From positions 248,001 through 312,000 of the forward strand of contig NIVC01001300.1 in NCBI GenBank assembly GCA_002269645.1: 64,000 bases of DNA, given 5' to 3'. Origin of the DNA: Macrostomum lignano. Taxonomy: Eukaryota. Below the pieces are notes generated by a model. It ran no database searches. It saw nothing but the letters and a program-made list of their open reading frames with translations, and was not told the origin of the DNA. Within the stretch, counting starts at the first letter, position 1. Every line of letters begins with the position of its first letter. Below are positions 43,458 through 55,189 of this stretch, piece by piece. Position numbers and translations under genes: made by a program.

Positions 43458-46400
43458 GAGTGACCGAGGGTGGCTGTAGGCTGCAGTCAGGCAGACAGTG
43501 AAGCGGCGATGCGCTGGAGCGGCAAGGCGCTGATGTAGATCAGGCGATGCTGATGATGCTGGGCGGTATCAGACCGCTGGCCGATAGGCGAGCTCGCTTG
43601 GGGAGCTAAGGATAACTTGACGGTAACAGACCGCGGACCGGCAGGGATTCGTCTAATAGACGAATGGGTCAGAACTCAGTCTGACGGCAAGTCTAAAGAA
43701 AGACTAGGAGCCCGAAGGTGGGCAAAAGTTGAGCATTCTCATGCCGAAATCGCTTCCTTTTATAGACCTCACAGCCGCCTCCTCAAGGTCGTTACCATGG
43801 TTCCCTCTCTCTGATCGGCTGCCGGCAGAATGACGTCAGAATGAGTCATGATGAGAAGCATGAGACCGGCATAGCAACATGAGAAATAGGGAAATTGCGC
43901 AATCCGGAGGTGGGGTGGGGGGATAATTGGCGCAGCGGGTGGTCGCGAAAGTGTTGCGCAAGCAAACATGGAGAACAATAGGGCTGGGGTCGAGAACAAA
44001 GGAATTGGAAATCAGGGATAATTGGGGAAAACTGAGAACAGTGGAAAAGTAAACATTAGAGAAAAGGTGATAATTAGGTGCGAAAACGAGAACAAAAGAA
44101 AGAGAAAATCGGAGAAAATGTGATAATTGGTGGGGGTCGAGAGAACAAAAGAATAAAAAACGAGAACAATAGAAGCGGAGGTGGGGTGGGTGTCACATGA
44201 GAAATTTGGGAAGGAGAACAATAGCGTGAGAAAAGGTTGCGCAAGAGAGAGGGATGAGTCATCGATGAGTCACCGAGGGGGAGAAGGGGTCACACGACTT
44301 GCGTCACCGTTTGGGAGTTTGAGAGGGGATGGGGAGACGGTGAGCACACAAAGTACTGTAAGTAGACACAGGGAAAGAGGGGACAGCGCAGGAAAAGAGT
44401 GCAGAGAGAGACAAAAAGAGGGGGAAAGGGAAAGTACAAGAAGAATAGGGTGGGAGGCAGAAGAGATAGGGTAGAGGGGGAGGTACAGAGAGGGGTGGGG
44501 AGCTCCGGAAAGGCAGGTGTGGCGGCAGGGGAGACGGAACCAAGGCAGTAGGAGGGGTGCAGCAGAGCGGGAGTCTCCAGGCCTGGGCGGAGACCTGGCC
44601 GAGTCTCGACAGCTCTGTGCAGAGGGTGCACGGGATAGGAGGCACTTTCGAAAAAGTTCCCATGCCCTATCCCGCGACCAGAGCGTGGTTACATCACTTT
44701 GTAAAATTGAAACAGCTTAACTTAATTAAACAGTAAAGGCTGTCTAAAATTATTTTAACTAAAATATTTTTTTCGTGAAATTTAATCAAAATATATATCA
44801 AAAAAACATAATACGAGTAGGCTTGTACCAAAGCTAAAAATCGCTTCGGAAAAATGGCCTAATCTTATCTGATTGTCTGGCTCAGAAAACCAATGTCATT
44901 CCATACAATCAGCCACCTCACTGATCTCATCCACCATCTCACAGATCCCATCCACCATCTTACAGAGCTCATCCACCAACTCACAAGACCATTCCATCCT
45001 CTCAGATGCGTCATCAATCAACTCTCAGAATTCCTCCAGCTCTGACGATTTGTTTTCATTTTTCCCTCCCCGTAATCCAAGCCATCGCTTTAAAATTAAA
45101 ATACGGAAAAGCTACGAGTAAAAAGTCAATTCTCACCCTTGTAAAATATTTGTTGTTAACTGCCCGGTTGGAGTCACCACAAAAGCCAGCCACGACGGCA
45201 TTCGCGCAGCAGCAGTTAAACTCAATGTTCTGATTGTTTTCCTTTCGAATCCTTTCACAGTACACAGTACATAGATACACAGTACATAGTCTGTGTATGC
45301 AAAAAATTTCATACCCAAATGTCTACGGAATTTCCATGGAATTTCCGTGCAGCGTACAGTGGCGTTTTCTACAGTGTACACTAGTGAACCCATGTTCTTA
45401 TAAGCAGAATCTCTGTTTCATAAAAAGATCAGAGTCATACTGAAGAAGGTATAAAAATATTATTGTACCTCATTTCAAGGTTGTAATGTTTCTAGTTAGG
45501 CAAGTATTCTTTTTTAACCTGCTTCTATTTATTAGTGGATATTCTGCTTAGTCTGAGGCATAAACAAGTCAATGACACTGAGAAGAAACATGGAAAAGGT
45601 GAATATTTTCGACATAGAATTTGTGTCCTTACTTTTTCAGAGAATACATTGGTTTAATAATTCCGCTCCGTGAATTTAGGGCTATAAATTTCAGGCCCAG
45701 GCAAAAAAGCTTCATAGCTATATTAATCACAATTAGTTAATTAAAGTTATTTAAACAAATCAAATTAAAAAGTTTTTGATCTTCTAAAAACCCAGCATTC
45801 AAATAACATTTGATGTATTAGAAACAGAAGTAACTGTACTCGGATAGGAAAATATATAATTTAAACATTATCACGCGCTTTAACTTCTTAGATTTTTCTT
45901 CATTTAAAATTGCAGGTGATTTGCATGGTGTCTTTTTTCTTGCTGGCCTTTAACCAATATCCGTTTGTTCTTGCTGCTGGCCTGGAGCCGGCACCCTGCG
46001 ACCCAAGTCTTTACGGACTCAAATGTCAAAACGGGGGCACCTGCACGAGCAAAGTTGGCAGCTCGAACTACTCCTGCATTTGTGTGACCGGGTTTGAAGG
46101 TAAGTTTTTATGAGCCAAAACTGGAATCGATGGCTGTAAATTGCATAGAATTTTATTATTGATCATCTTGACTCACCTGCCACCGCTAGTGCGGCGCCGT
46201 CACGCAGGGAGATCCTGTGGTGCCGGTGTCAGCAGCGCAGTCCCATTCGGAGAGTTCAGCAGGTGGATGGCTTTTCGCCCGGTTGTGAACGAGCCTGCAG
46301 GACATACCGCCTGTAGGACATGGGACATTCCAGGACAGTCCATACCGCCTGTAGGACATGGGACATTCCAGGACAGTCCATACCGCCTGTAGGACATGGG

Positions 46401-49400
46401 ACATTCCAGGACAGTCCATACCGCCTGTAGGACATGGGACATTCCAGGACAGTCCATACCGCCTGTAGGACATGGGACATTCCAGGACAGTCCATACCGC
46501 CTGTAGGACATAGCAAATTACTATCTTTACAATCGTCGAAAGCATCCGGATTTTAGCCGATGTAGGCGAGCCTGTCCCGAGTAAAGGTGGGGCAGCCATA
46601 GATGAAAGACTCCACATTCTCACCACCTGAAAGGCAGAATTGGTATTTCTCACTGCGGATTTTCCTGTAGGTAGCATTGCTTACTAAATCAGCCATGACT
46701 CCCAAAAGGGTCACTATGGCTACCGCTCTGATACTCCTGATAAAAGTCATGGGCGTCTCGTTGCCACCCACTGTTGAATCCAAGTGATAACAATAAGCAG
46801 CAATCTTGTTAAATGCCTAACGAATGCTTGTACTTTTAATTAAAAAAAACTAGGCAGACACTGCGAAATCAACATCAACAACTGCGCAAGTCACCCATGT
46901 ATAAACGGGCTGTGCTCAGACTTGGTGAATGACTACAGCTGCAGCTGCTACCGAGGCTGGCAAGGCAGGAACTGCAACGTCGATCACAATAACTGTTTCT
47001 ACGGCGCCTGTCTCAATGACGGCCGCTGTCTTGATGGCAATGAAACGTAGGTGAACAGATATGCTCATAAAATTAATTTATCGATATAATTTTTCTAAGG
47101 TTCTTTTTGCACATAGGCTTTCTAAATTTTGCAACATTTACCATTACTCTGATGGTTGCAACAAATAACTGCAGATACAGTCAAAGCTTTCTTAAACCTA
47201 CAAAAAATATACCGAAATGTGTGTATCCTCGACAGATTCACCTGCAACTGTTCTGACACGGGATTCAATGGCTCCAGATGCGAGGTCAACATTGATGACT
47301 GCGCCAGCAAGCCCTGCGCCAACGGCCTGTGCACGGACCTGGTGAAAGACTACAGCTGCAGCTGCTTCACAGGCTGGGAGGGCAAGAACTGTTCAGTGGA
47401 CACCGACTACTGCCTGTCAGGGCCCTGTCAGAACGGTGGCGTCTGCAGCGACGGAAACTCCACGTGAGTGGCTCTGAGCATATCTAGGAATTATAATTAC
47501 ATTAGATTTTTTTAATTTTAGCGTAATATAAAGTGCTAAAATGTTGAAAAAATGTTTCTTTACTTGAAAAGTAGATGAACAAAGCCTTATGTTTTCCAAC
47601 GCCACACAGTAAAAAAAGCTACAACTTTTGCAGAGCTACTACAGATTTCTTAGCCTCCCCTGCTGCAATTATTGATTCATTTTATGCAACAAAAATGCTG
47701 CAGATTTAGCTGCGATTGCACCAGCATCGACTTTCAAGACTCAACCTGTAGCTCGTGGATTGATAACTGTCTGTCAAGTCCCTGTCAGAACGAAGGGAAG
47801 TGTATCGATGAAGTCAGAAATTACACCTGCGACTGCACAGATACAGGGTTTACTGGGGACTGGTGTGAGAACAAAATAAATGAGTGTTATGACCAGCCCT
47901 GCATCAATGGCCTTTGCATTGACCTGGTGCAAAACTACAGCTGCACCTGCTTCACAGGCTGGGAGGGCACAAACTGCTCCGTAGATACGGACTACTGCCT
48001 GTCAAAGCCCTGCCGGAATGGCGGCGTCTGTAAGGACGGAAACTCAACGTAAGTTGCGTGATTCTAGTTGGTACAAAACCAAACTGTAACCAAAATGTAT
48101 TTGTAGCTAACTGGTTTCAAAACTTACAGATACACCTGTGACTGCTCTCGCGTTGACTTCCAAGGCGACACCTGCAGTTCCAAGATCGAGGACTGCGCGT
48201 CGAGCCCGTGCCAGCACGGCGGCGGGTGCACCGATGGTGTCAGGAGTTTCACCTGCGACTGCCTGCCCGGCTACGAGGGCCCGACCTGCTCAGTCGACAT
48301 CAACGAGTGCGAGCGGTTCGGACAGCCGTGTCAGAACGGAGACGTCTGCAAGGACCTGGTAGCGGATTATGCCTGCACCGGCTGCCCCGCTCACTTCGGA
48401 GGCAAAAACTGCTCCGTGCTGCTTCCACAGTACTCGTTCGGCATAAGCGGACTTGTATCGTCTGCGAGTTTCGCTTCTCTGCCAAATGCGTCAAGTGTGT
48501 CTGGCGGAGACTCGTGGACGATTGAGCTGAGGCTGGTGACTTTGTCTCGAGGAGCGTTTCTGCTGCTGCTGGGCGACCCGAGCGACTCGGCGACCACTCC
48601 GAGACTGCTCGCTACGGTCAGTGTCCTTAATGGTTCTTTTTTCTGGATTTAGTGCGATCTTTCAGTTTGTTAAAATCTTTTCAGATCGATCGTTCTGGCC
48701 GTCTGTCCGCCCAGTTACTGCACAGCAACGGCTCCGATATCGCAGCGCTGACGTCCTCAGACTCGGTGGCTACCGGCAGCTTCGTCTCCGTGAAGATCTC
48801 TGTGTCTATATCGGGTCGCTCGCTGTCGCTGTCAGTGTCATCTTCAGTCAGGTCGGCATCGCTGAGCAGTGCGAGTCCGCTGCCGCAGCTGTCAGGCCAG
48901 CTCATCATCGGCGGTTTTAACGGTGCCACGGCAGCATCGGCTCCGCCTTTGAGCCGCAATGACAGATCAAGAAGATCCGTTTGGGATCCTAATTTATCTT
49001 CATCTGTAGCCAATGTTACTGCATTTCGAGGTATTATTGGCTCGACCAGGATCAATGGAATCACAGCTTTACTTCTCAGCTCCCCAGCAGCAACGCTACA
49101 AGAAAGTTTTCCTGGAGCAATTAAACCGAGCGGCTCAACAAATGTGGTTCTTGGAAAACTGGCCGAAAAAGTCTGCGAGCGTTTCAAGCCTTGTGAGAAC
49201 GGAGCGACGTGTCACGATATTTTCTACAACAATTTTGTGTAAGTTCGCTGGTGTTGCCTTTCTGCATGTTTCGATCGTGAATAAAGTATATGGCTGAGTA
49301 ACCCACTGGTACGAGCTACATACATGTACTCCCAACTTTTAGCTGCGAATGTCATTCGGGCTACCACGGCAAGGACTGCTCCAAGGACATTCCGGACTGC

Positions 49401-52400
49401 GACCTCAATCCTTGCGGAGAAGGTTTCTGCTGTTTCGAAAAAAGCAACGCCTCATTGTACAACAGTTCGGACCTTCCATCGCCCTTCAACAGTTCGTTTA
49501 GCTTTTCGCGTGCGTCCGGCTCTGTGTGTTTACCTGGCTGTGAAGAATCACGATTCACAAGTACGCCTTTTTCTGCATGAGCCATTGCATGCTATTATCT
49601 CATTTCTATTTTTGTATAGCAGTTTTGCAAACCCAAGCCATGTCCCTTACAAATAGGCTCTTCTCTCTAACTGCTTTCTCCTGCTCTTGTCTTTATTCTT
49701 CAACCATAATGAACGACTGAATTTAGTCTCAGAAAAGTAGTATAATGCCTAACCCTCTTCTCTGCTTTTGTCTTACTGCATTACTGACTTCTTACTGCCT
49801 AAACACAGTCCAATGATTGTTGTTTATCATTATGTTGCACTGTGGTGGTACCTTCTTAGTGTGCCTTTGAAACAGTAAACAGGCAGAGGGTAAACTTGTT
49901 TTTCTTGAGAAATTCGGGCGAGTCATTTGCCAGAAAAGCTTGATTCGCAATACGATATTGTTTAAAATAATTATTCACAAATGTTTAGTATGCTATGTAC
50001 GTGTAGATTTCACACCTATCAGAACTTTATTAGTCCATATACAAATTTCTTGCACAAACTTTATTATCCCATGCACAATTTTGAGCGATGAATCATTTTT
50101 ATATTAATTTCAGTACTGTCTCCCACTCTATTTTTCACTCCTTACAAGGTTCAGCCGCGACGCAAGTGACGGAAGGCTCACTATCTGCATTGAAAGACGT
50201 ATATATCGCCACCTCAGCAATTTTTTCTATATCTGCTGTCCTCGCGTCGTTGTTCGCATGGCCTAAATTAAAAAATCGGTGTTGGAATAAAAATGTTAGC
50301 AAAGATTTTATTTTATGTTTTTTTACGATTTCCAATGAGCCACTCGAAACTGTGAACTTCGATTGATGGGGCTGGATTTTAGCGAGTCTTTATCACCAGG
50401 GGCTTTAGCACCAGGTGCTTTAGCACCAGGGGCTTTAGCACCAGGGGCTTTAGCACCAGGGGCGCAAGCACCAGGGGCGCAAGCACCAGGGGCGCAAGCA
50501 CCAGGGGCGCAAGCACCAGGGGCGCAAGCACCAGGGGCGCAAGCACCAGGGGCGCAAGCACCAGGGGCTTTAGCACCAGGGGCTTTAGCACCAGGGGCGC
50601 AAGCACCAGGGGCGCAAGCACCAGGGGCGCAAGCACCAGGGGCGCAAGCACCAGGGGCGCAAGCACCAGGGGCGCAAGCACCAGGGGCGCAAGCACCAGG
50701 GGCGCAAGCACCAGGGGCGCCAGCACCAGGGGCGCCAGCACCAGGGGCGCCAGCACCAGGGGCTTTAGCACCAGGGGCGCCAGCACCAGGGGCTTTAGCA
50801 CCAGGGGCTTTAGCACCAGGGGCTTTAGCACCAGGGGCTTTAGCACCAGGGGCTTTAGCACCAGGGGCTTTAGCACCAGGGGCTTTAGCACCAGGGGCTT
50901 TAGCACCAGGGGCTTTAGCACCAGGGGCTTTAGCACCAGGGGCTTTAGCACCAGGGGCTTTAGCACCAGGGGCTTTAGCACCAGGGGCTTTAGCACCAGG
51001 GGCGCCAGCACCAGGGGCTTTAGCACCAGGGGCTTTAGCACCAGGGGCTGTAGCACCAGGGGCTTTAGCACCAGGGGCTTTAGCACCAGGGGCTTTAGCA
51101 CCAGGGGCTTTAGCACCAGGGGCTTTAGCACCAGGGGCGCAAGCACCAGGGGCGCAAGCACCAGGGGCGCAAGCACCAGGGGCGCAAGCACCAGGGGCGC
51201 AAGCACCAGGGGCGCAAGCACCAGGGGCGCAAGCACCAGGGGCGCCAGCACCAGGGGCGCCAGCACCAGGGGCGCCAGCACCAGGGGCGCCAGCACCAGG
51301 GGCGCCAGCACCAGGGGCGCCAGCACCAGGGGCGCCAGCACCAGGGGCGCCAGCACCAGGGGCGCCAGCACCAGGGGCGCCAGCACCAGGGGCGCCAGCA
51401 CCAGGGGCGCCAGCACCAGGGGCGCCAGCACCAGGGGCGCCAGCACCAGGGGCGCCAGCACCAGGGGCGCCAGCACCAGGGGCGCCAGCACCAGGGGCTT
51501 TAGCACCAGGGGCGCCAGCACCAGGGGCGCCAGCACCAAGGGCGCCAGCACCAGGGGCGCCAGCACCAGGGGCGCCAGCACCAGGGGCGCCAGCACCAGG
51601 GGCGCCAGCACCAGGGGCGCCAGCACCAGGGGCGCCAGCACCAGGGGCGCCAGCACCAGGGGCGCCAGCACCAGGGGCGCCAGCACCAGGGGCGCCAGCA
51701 CCAGGGGCGCCAGCACCAGGGGCGCCAGCACCAGGGGCGCCAGCACCAGGGGCGCCAGCACCAGGGGCGCCAGCACCAGGGGCGCCAGCACCAGGGGCGC
51801 CAGCACCAGGGGCGCCAGCACCAGGGGCGCCATTGCCAAAGTAATTGTTGGGGAACGCTAAAATGGGTAACAGTGGCGCCACGGTTGCTGGAAAAAGGGC
51901 GCAAATATTTCAGCCTGGCAACGTCCCTCTCTCTCTCATTCGCTCTTATATCAGTAGTCAGCATTATTCTAATGAATTTTAACCACATGGCGTTGTTTCC
52001 TTTAATGTTTTATTATATGACAGAGACCGGTGGAGGCGGGGCGCACAGCACCCGTGGCAACTGAGTTAGGCAGACTGCCTGATTCAACTTATGCGGTTGC
52101 TGACCGACAACACGTATGACTTCCGCTCAATGTGCTGTTATTTTATTGATAAAAAATTATTGTAGCGTTCATTGAATACTTTATGAATTTATAATCCGTT
52201 TCCTACACAGGAAAGTACAATTGTCACCGGAGAATATGACTATATCGGATCGTCTGGACAAAATGTTAGTGACATTTGCTTATTCTTTAACAGTATTGAG
52301 TCATTTGCAAAGAATACATAAGCAAACTAAACGAACGATACACGCTTAATTCACTAGGTGGCCGATATAGTTCAGACTCCTGCTGAAGCAGCGACAAACA

Positions 52401-52588
52401 GCGGTTGGCAAGATGATTCACAGCCGGGTCAACAGGCGCCAAAACCGAGGCCCAGAGTGGAGCTATTTAACCCTGATGGGGAAGCTAGCGCTGAATCATA
52501 TGCGAAACTGGATATCGTGTATGTGGATATCAAAGGCACAAATAATGCGGAAGAATTACCCCAAAATTCAGTGAGCAGAGATGATTAA
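41716..52588 (+). CDS. Gene C: rearranged Crumbs-like receptor (13 EGF, 1 LamG, TM, Tyr-motif tail; ~952 aa)
   Basis: join(41716-41830,42107-42394,46854-47046,47236-47463,47704-48048,48130-48616,48685-49238,49343-49560,50149-50294,52211-52264,52358-52588) = 2859 nt with consistent phases. The start could instead be ATG 41770. TM is [21 protein letters not shown]. The 3' exon chain is less certain than the EGF exons. Confidence 0.75.
42467..44696. mobile_element. 2.2-kb non-coding insertion, solo-LTR-like
   Basis: Termini TGATGTAACC...GGTTACATCA (10-bp inverted), 4-bp TSD CTTT at 42463-42466 and 44697-44700, no coding domains, internal (GA)n at ~43428. Confidence 0.7.
45916..46099 (+). CDS. 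Alternative first coding exon (signal peptide + 1 EGF) for gene C, or start of a separate gene
   Basis: ttgcag|GTG ATT TGC ATG(45925); [49 protein letters not shown]|gtaagt. The phase-1 end fits exon 46854. Confidence 0.7.
46180..46790 (-). mobile_element. 3' fragment of a LOA/R1-like LINE
   Basis: ORF 46553-46783 reads ..[31 protein letters not shown], a decayed version of the ORF2 C-terminal zinc-knuckle region seen at ~12480-12570. Confidence 0.55.
46303..46510. repeat. 38-bp perfect tandem repeat, ~5.5 copies
   Basis: CATACCGCCTGTAGGACATGGGACATTCCAGGACAGTC repeated with no spacers. Confidence 0.97.
50390..51830. repeat. 15-bp VNTR (GCACCAGGGGCNNNA), ~96 copies
   Basis: Blocks of the variants GCTTTA, GCGCAA and GCGCCA; located in the intron after the gene C TM exon. 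Confidence 0.98.
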
Positions 52589-52591
52589 ATA

Positions 52592-52865
52592 TACTCAGCA
52601 ACATTGAAAAGTCGCAACTCTGTGCTCCAGTGAGAAATTTCTCTTGGACTATTCTGAAATAAAAGTTACGAGAAAACTAACCGGGGTAGCTTTAATCCGT
52701 CCAACCCTCGCACACCGCTCCCCCACTTCATTCCTCAACTCAAGTCTGCCGAGGCGTAGCTGAGTTGCGTCACTCGCAAAGATTGAGAGACTTTACCTGC
52801 TCTCTCAAAAGTGGCGACCGCGGAAGGAATCTTCCATGATGGGGACTTTTCAATGTTGCTGAGTA
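52592..52865. mobile_element. MITE with perfect 22-bp TIRs and TA TSD (Tc1/mariner-type signature)
   Basis: TACTCAGCAACATTGAAAAGTC ... GACTTTTCAATGTTGCTGAGTA, TA on both sides, 3 nt after the gene C stop codon. Confidence 0.9.
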
Positions 52866-53543
52866 TATCAATACCTGTTCAAACGTTTGTATAAAAGATT
52901 TACCTCTTGGTTTTTTATCTTTGTCTGTGGTCACATTTGATTAAATTTACAAAAGTATCAACTGTTTCGTAGCAATGATTTGTTTTCATTTTTTCCGCAT
53001 CTCATACTTACGTATTACTAGTACCTGGTAGCAACTCTTTGCCACAAGCGGACAAAAAGGTTGCATAAATTTACCACGCGAAATATTGTAATTTGCTGTT
53101 TTTCTGAAGCTTCTCAGTATGAGAAAGCGTACATTATTTACAGCTTTGTTGGCAAAACAGTAACTGCAGCTTTTCGCCTAAATTACAACTGTCATCTTAG
53201 TTACCAAAGAAAAGTCGGGTTTTTTATACTCGCTTTAAGGATTCAAACTGCAGCATATTATAACCTTAACTATAAATTACACAAACACATCGAAATGCAC
53301 AGATGCGACAACAGAGATCACACTTTACTCATCGACGTTCATCAACTGATAAAGTCATAAAGTATATTCATAAGAAATGCCAGACATTGTCAATTTAGCT
53401 GACAAATTTAAGATGCCAAAAGTTACTAAAGTAACTTCTGTCGGTAAAATTTCAGTTGATCAAACTAAATAGCACTAAGCACGAGTACATTATACTCGAC
53501 TAATTGAGGAGAATTTTTGCGTGAATAGAAATATTGCTTATTT

Positions 53544-53617
53544 GGCACGACAGCCCAGTGGTCTGGCGCGGCACTCTTATGTGTCAGCGGCCCAGGCTCG
53601 ATTCCAAGTGCAGCCAC
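53544..53617 (+). mobile_element. tRNA-like SINE head
   Basis: A-box-like AGTGGTCTGG and B-box-like GGCTCGATTCC; does not fold into a clean cloverleaf by eye. Confidence 0.35.
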
Positions 53618-55189
53618 ATTAATTTAAGATTAAATTGGAATCTCGGCTTGGCTCTTTAACACCTTTGAGGGACAACTGCAAGGAACAGTGAAGTGTACAT
53701 GCTTAGCAATAAAAAGAGTTAGGGCCGCTGTACACTCCTGTGTGATGTGTGCCTGCGCGTATGACTGCGTACGTATCTTGTGTGCCTGCTCAGGGGAGTC
53801 TGCAGAATAGACAGTAATGCACCTCTCGCCGGTTGTGTGACAATGTCGCTTAAAGTGCACCAGACTACACACAGCCGCCCACCCTGTCTCTAATAAAAGA
53901 TGCCTCCTTAGATTTTGACTGAGGGGTTTTAAGGTTTTAATTTACTCGCACAAATTGAAAGGCTTTGTGTTCTTCAACAGATACTCACATTATAAATTGA
54001 TGCCGCGTTCTCGCTTAAAAGCACTCAAGTACGTTTGAATAATGAGCGCACGAACCCAGCGTCGCACCCAAGTGGTAAAATAAACACTTCTTAAACGGAT
54101 TACTCGTACATTTTCATAAACAGGTTTAATAGGCTAAAAATAGCTTCATTAACATCCTATTTTTCAGTGTGGATTGCCTAGCATGCCTTAATTAACAAGT
54201 TTTCTGTTGATCTTTTCTTAACAAACTTGTTGCTTATTTGGGCCGCTTGAGTCATGCGCTTTCACGCAAATCAGAAACGCAGTGGAAAGGGTTTTAGCCC
54301 AGCCCGTGTGCTTTCTATCAACCTGGCAATATACGGTAAGCTGTTTACAGAAGCGGAATGTTTGAATTGAGGATACTAAATTTCTCTATTTAGCTTGCTT
54401 CTTTTTTTAGATATACAGTATGGGAGCACAGAAATTTTCGCATTGATAGCTAGAGTTGCAATTCAATATCAAGCACAATTATATTTTGTAACTCGTATAA
54501 ATTTAACGGTCATCAAATTAGGAGTATCTCTGAGCGAAGTCTGCAAAGAAATTGAAATATTATATTTTTCAATAATTTTTTCTAGACAATAAATTGGAGC
54601 GGAAAAAGCGAAAAATGAAAAAGGTAACGACATACTTCTCTTACTGGCATATTTTTTCGCTTTACTTTTTAATGTAAAATATGGCTCTCCATTTAATCAA
54701 GCCGAGCAAATAATAACAAACGAATCGCTTTTTTCACTGTTTAGGAAAACTCTTTTATAAAAGACACATGTAGCAACTTCTGAAATTCCATCGGAACCCT
54801 ACTAGCTTAATTTTTCTGTTCTTACGTCTAGTTAATAACATCTGTAAAAAGTAGCTTAGTAATTATAAACCAGAGTTAATATCCATCCAGGCAAAACGCA
54901 TACACTTAAGATTGCAGCTTGCGGTTCAATATGGTAGCTTTCAAAGGTTTGTCAGTGAAGATTTGTCAATAGGAACCAAAATACAAAAAATGAAGCTTTT
55001 CCAGCGAAATAAATTTAAGCGAGAAAAGCAGTTTTCAAGTTACGACATTAACCGTCAGTAATATACAGCATGCCAGCTTAGCTCACAAATAGTATTGCTG
55101 CACTAAATTGTAAATTACTTCAGAGCGTCTCGGAAACTGCTGGTAAGCTGCAGTTCCAGGAAAGTTTTATCAGCACTGGTTCGTTGGTG

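Noticed and set aside
46303-46510. CRISPR-like 38-bp direct repeats
   Set aside because: The repeats are contiguous with no spacers, the context is eukaryotic and there are no cas genes.
50323-51882. ~490-520 aa GAPGA/APGAL silk- or elastin-like ORFs on both strands (also 2864-3385)
   Set aside because: They are translations of a stop-free 15-bp VNTR, open in several frames on both strands, and lie inside introns of genes A and C.
52024-52065. Possible extra micro-exon in the gene C tail (ag|AGACCGGTGG...|gttagg)
   Set aside because: Its phases do not fit the flanking exons without creating a stop.
53544-53617. tRNA gene
   Set aside because: Only A/B-box-like motifs are present, with no convincing acceptor or anticodon stems; treated as a SINE head.
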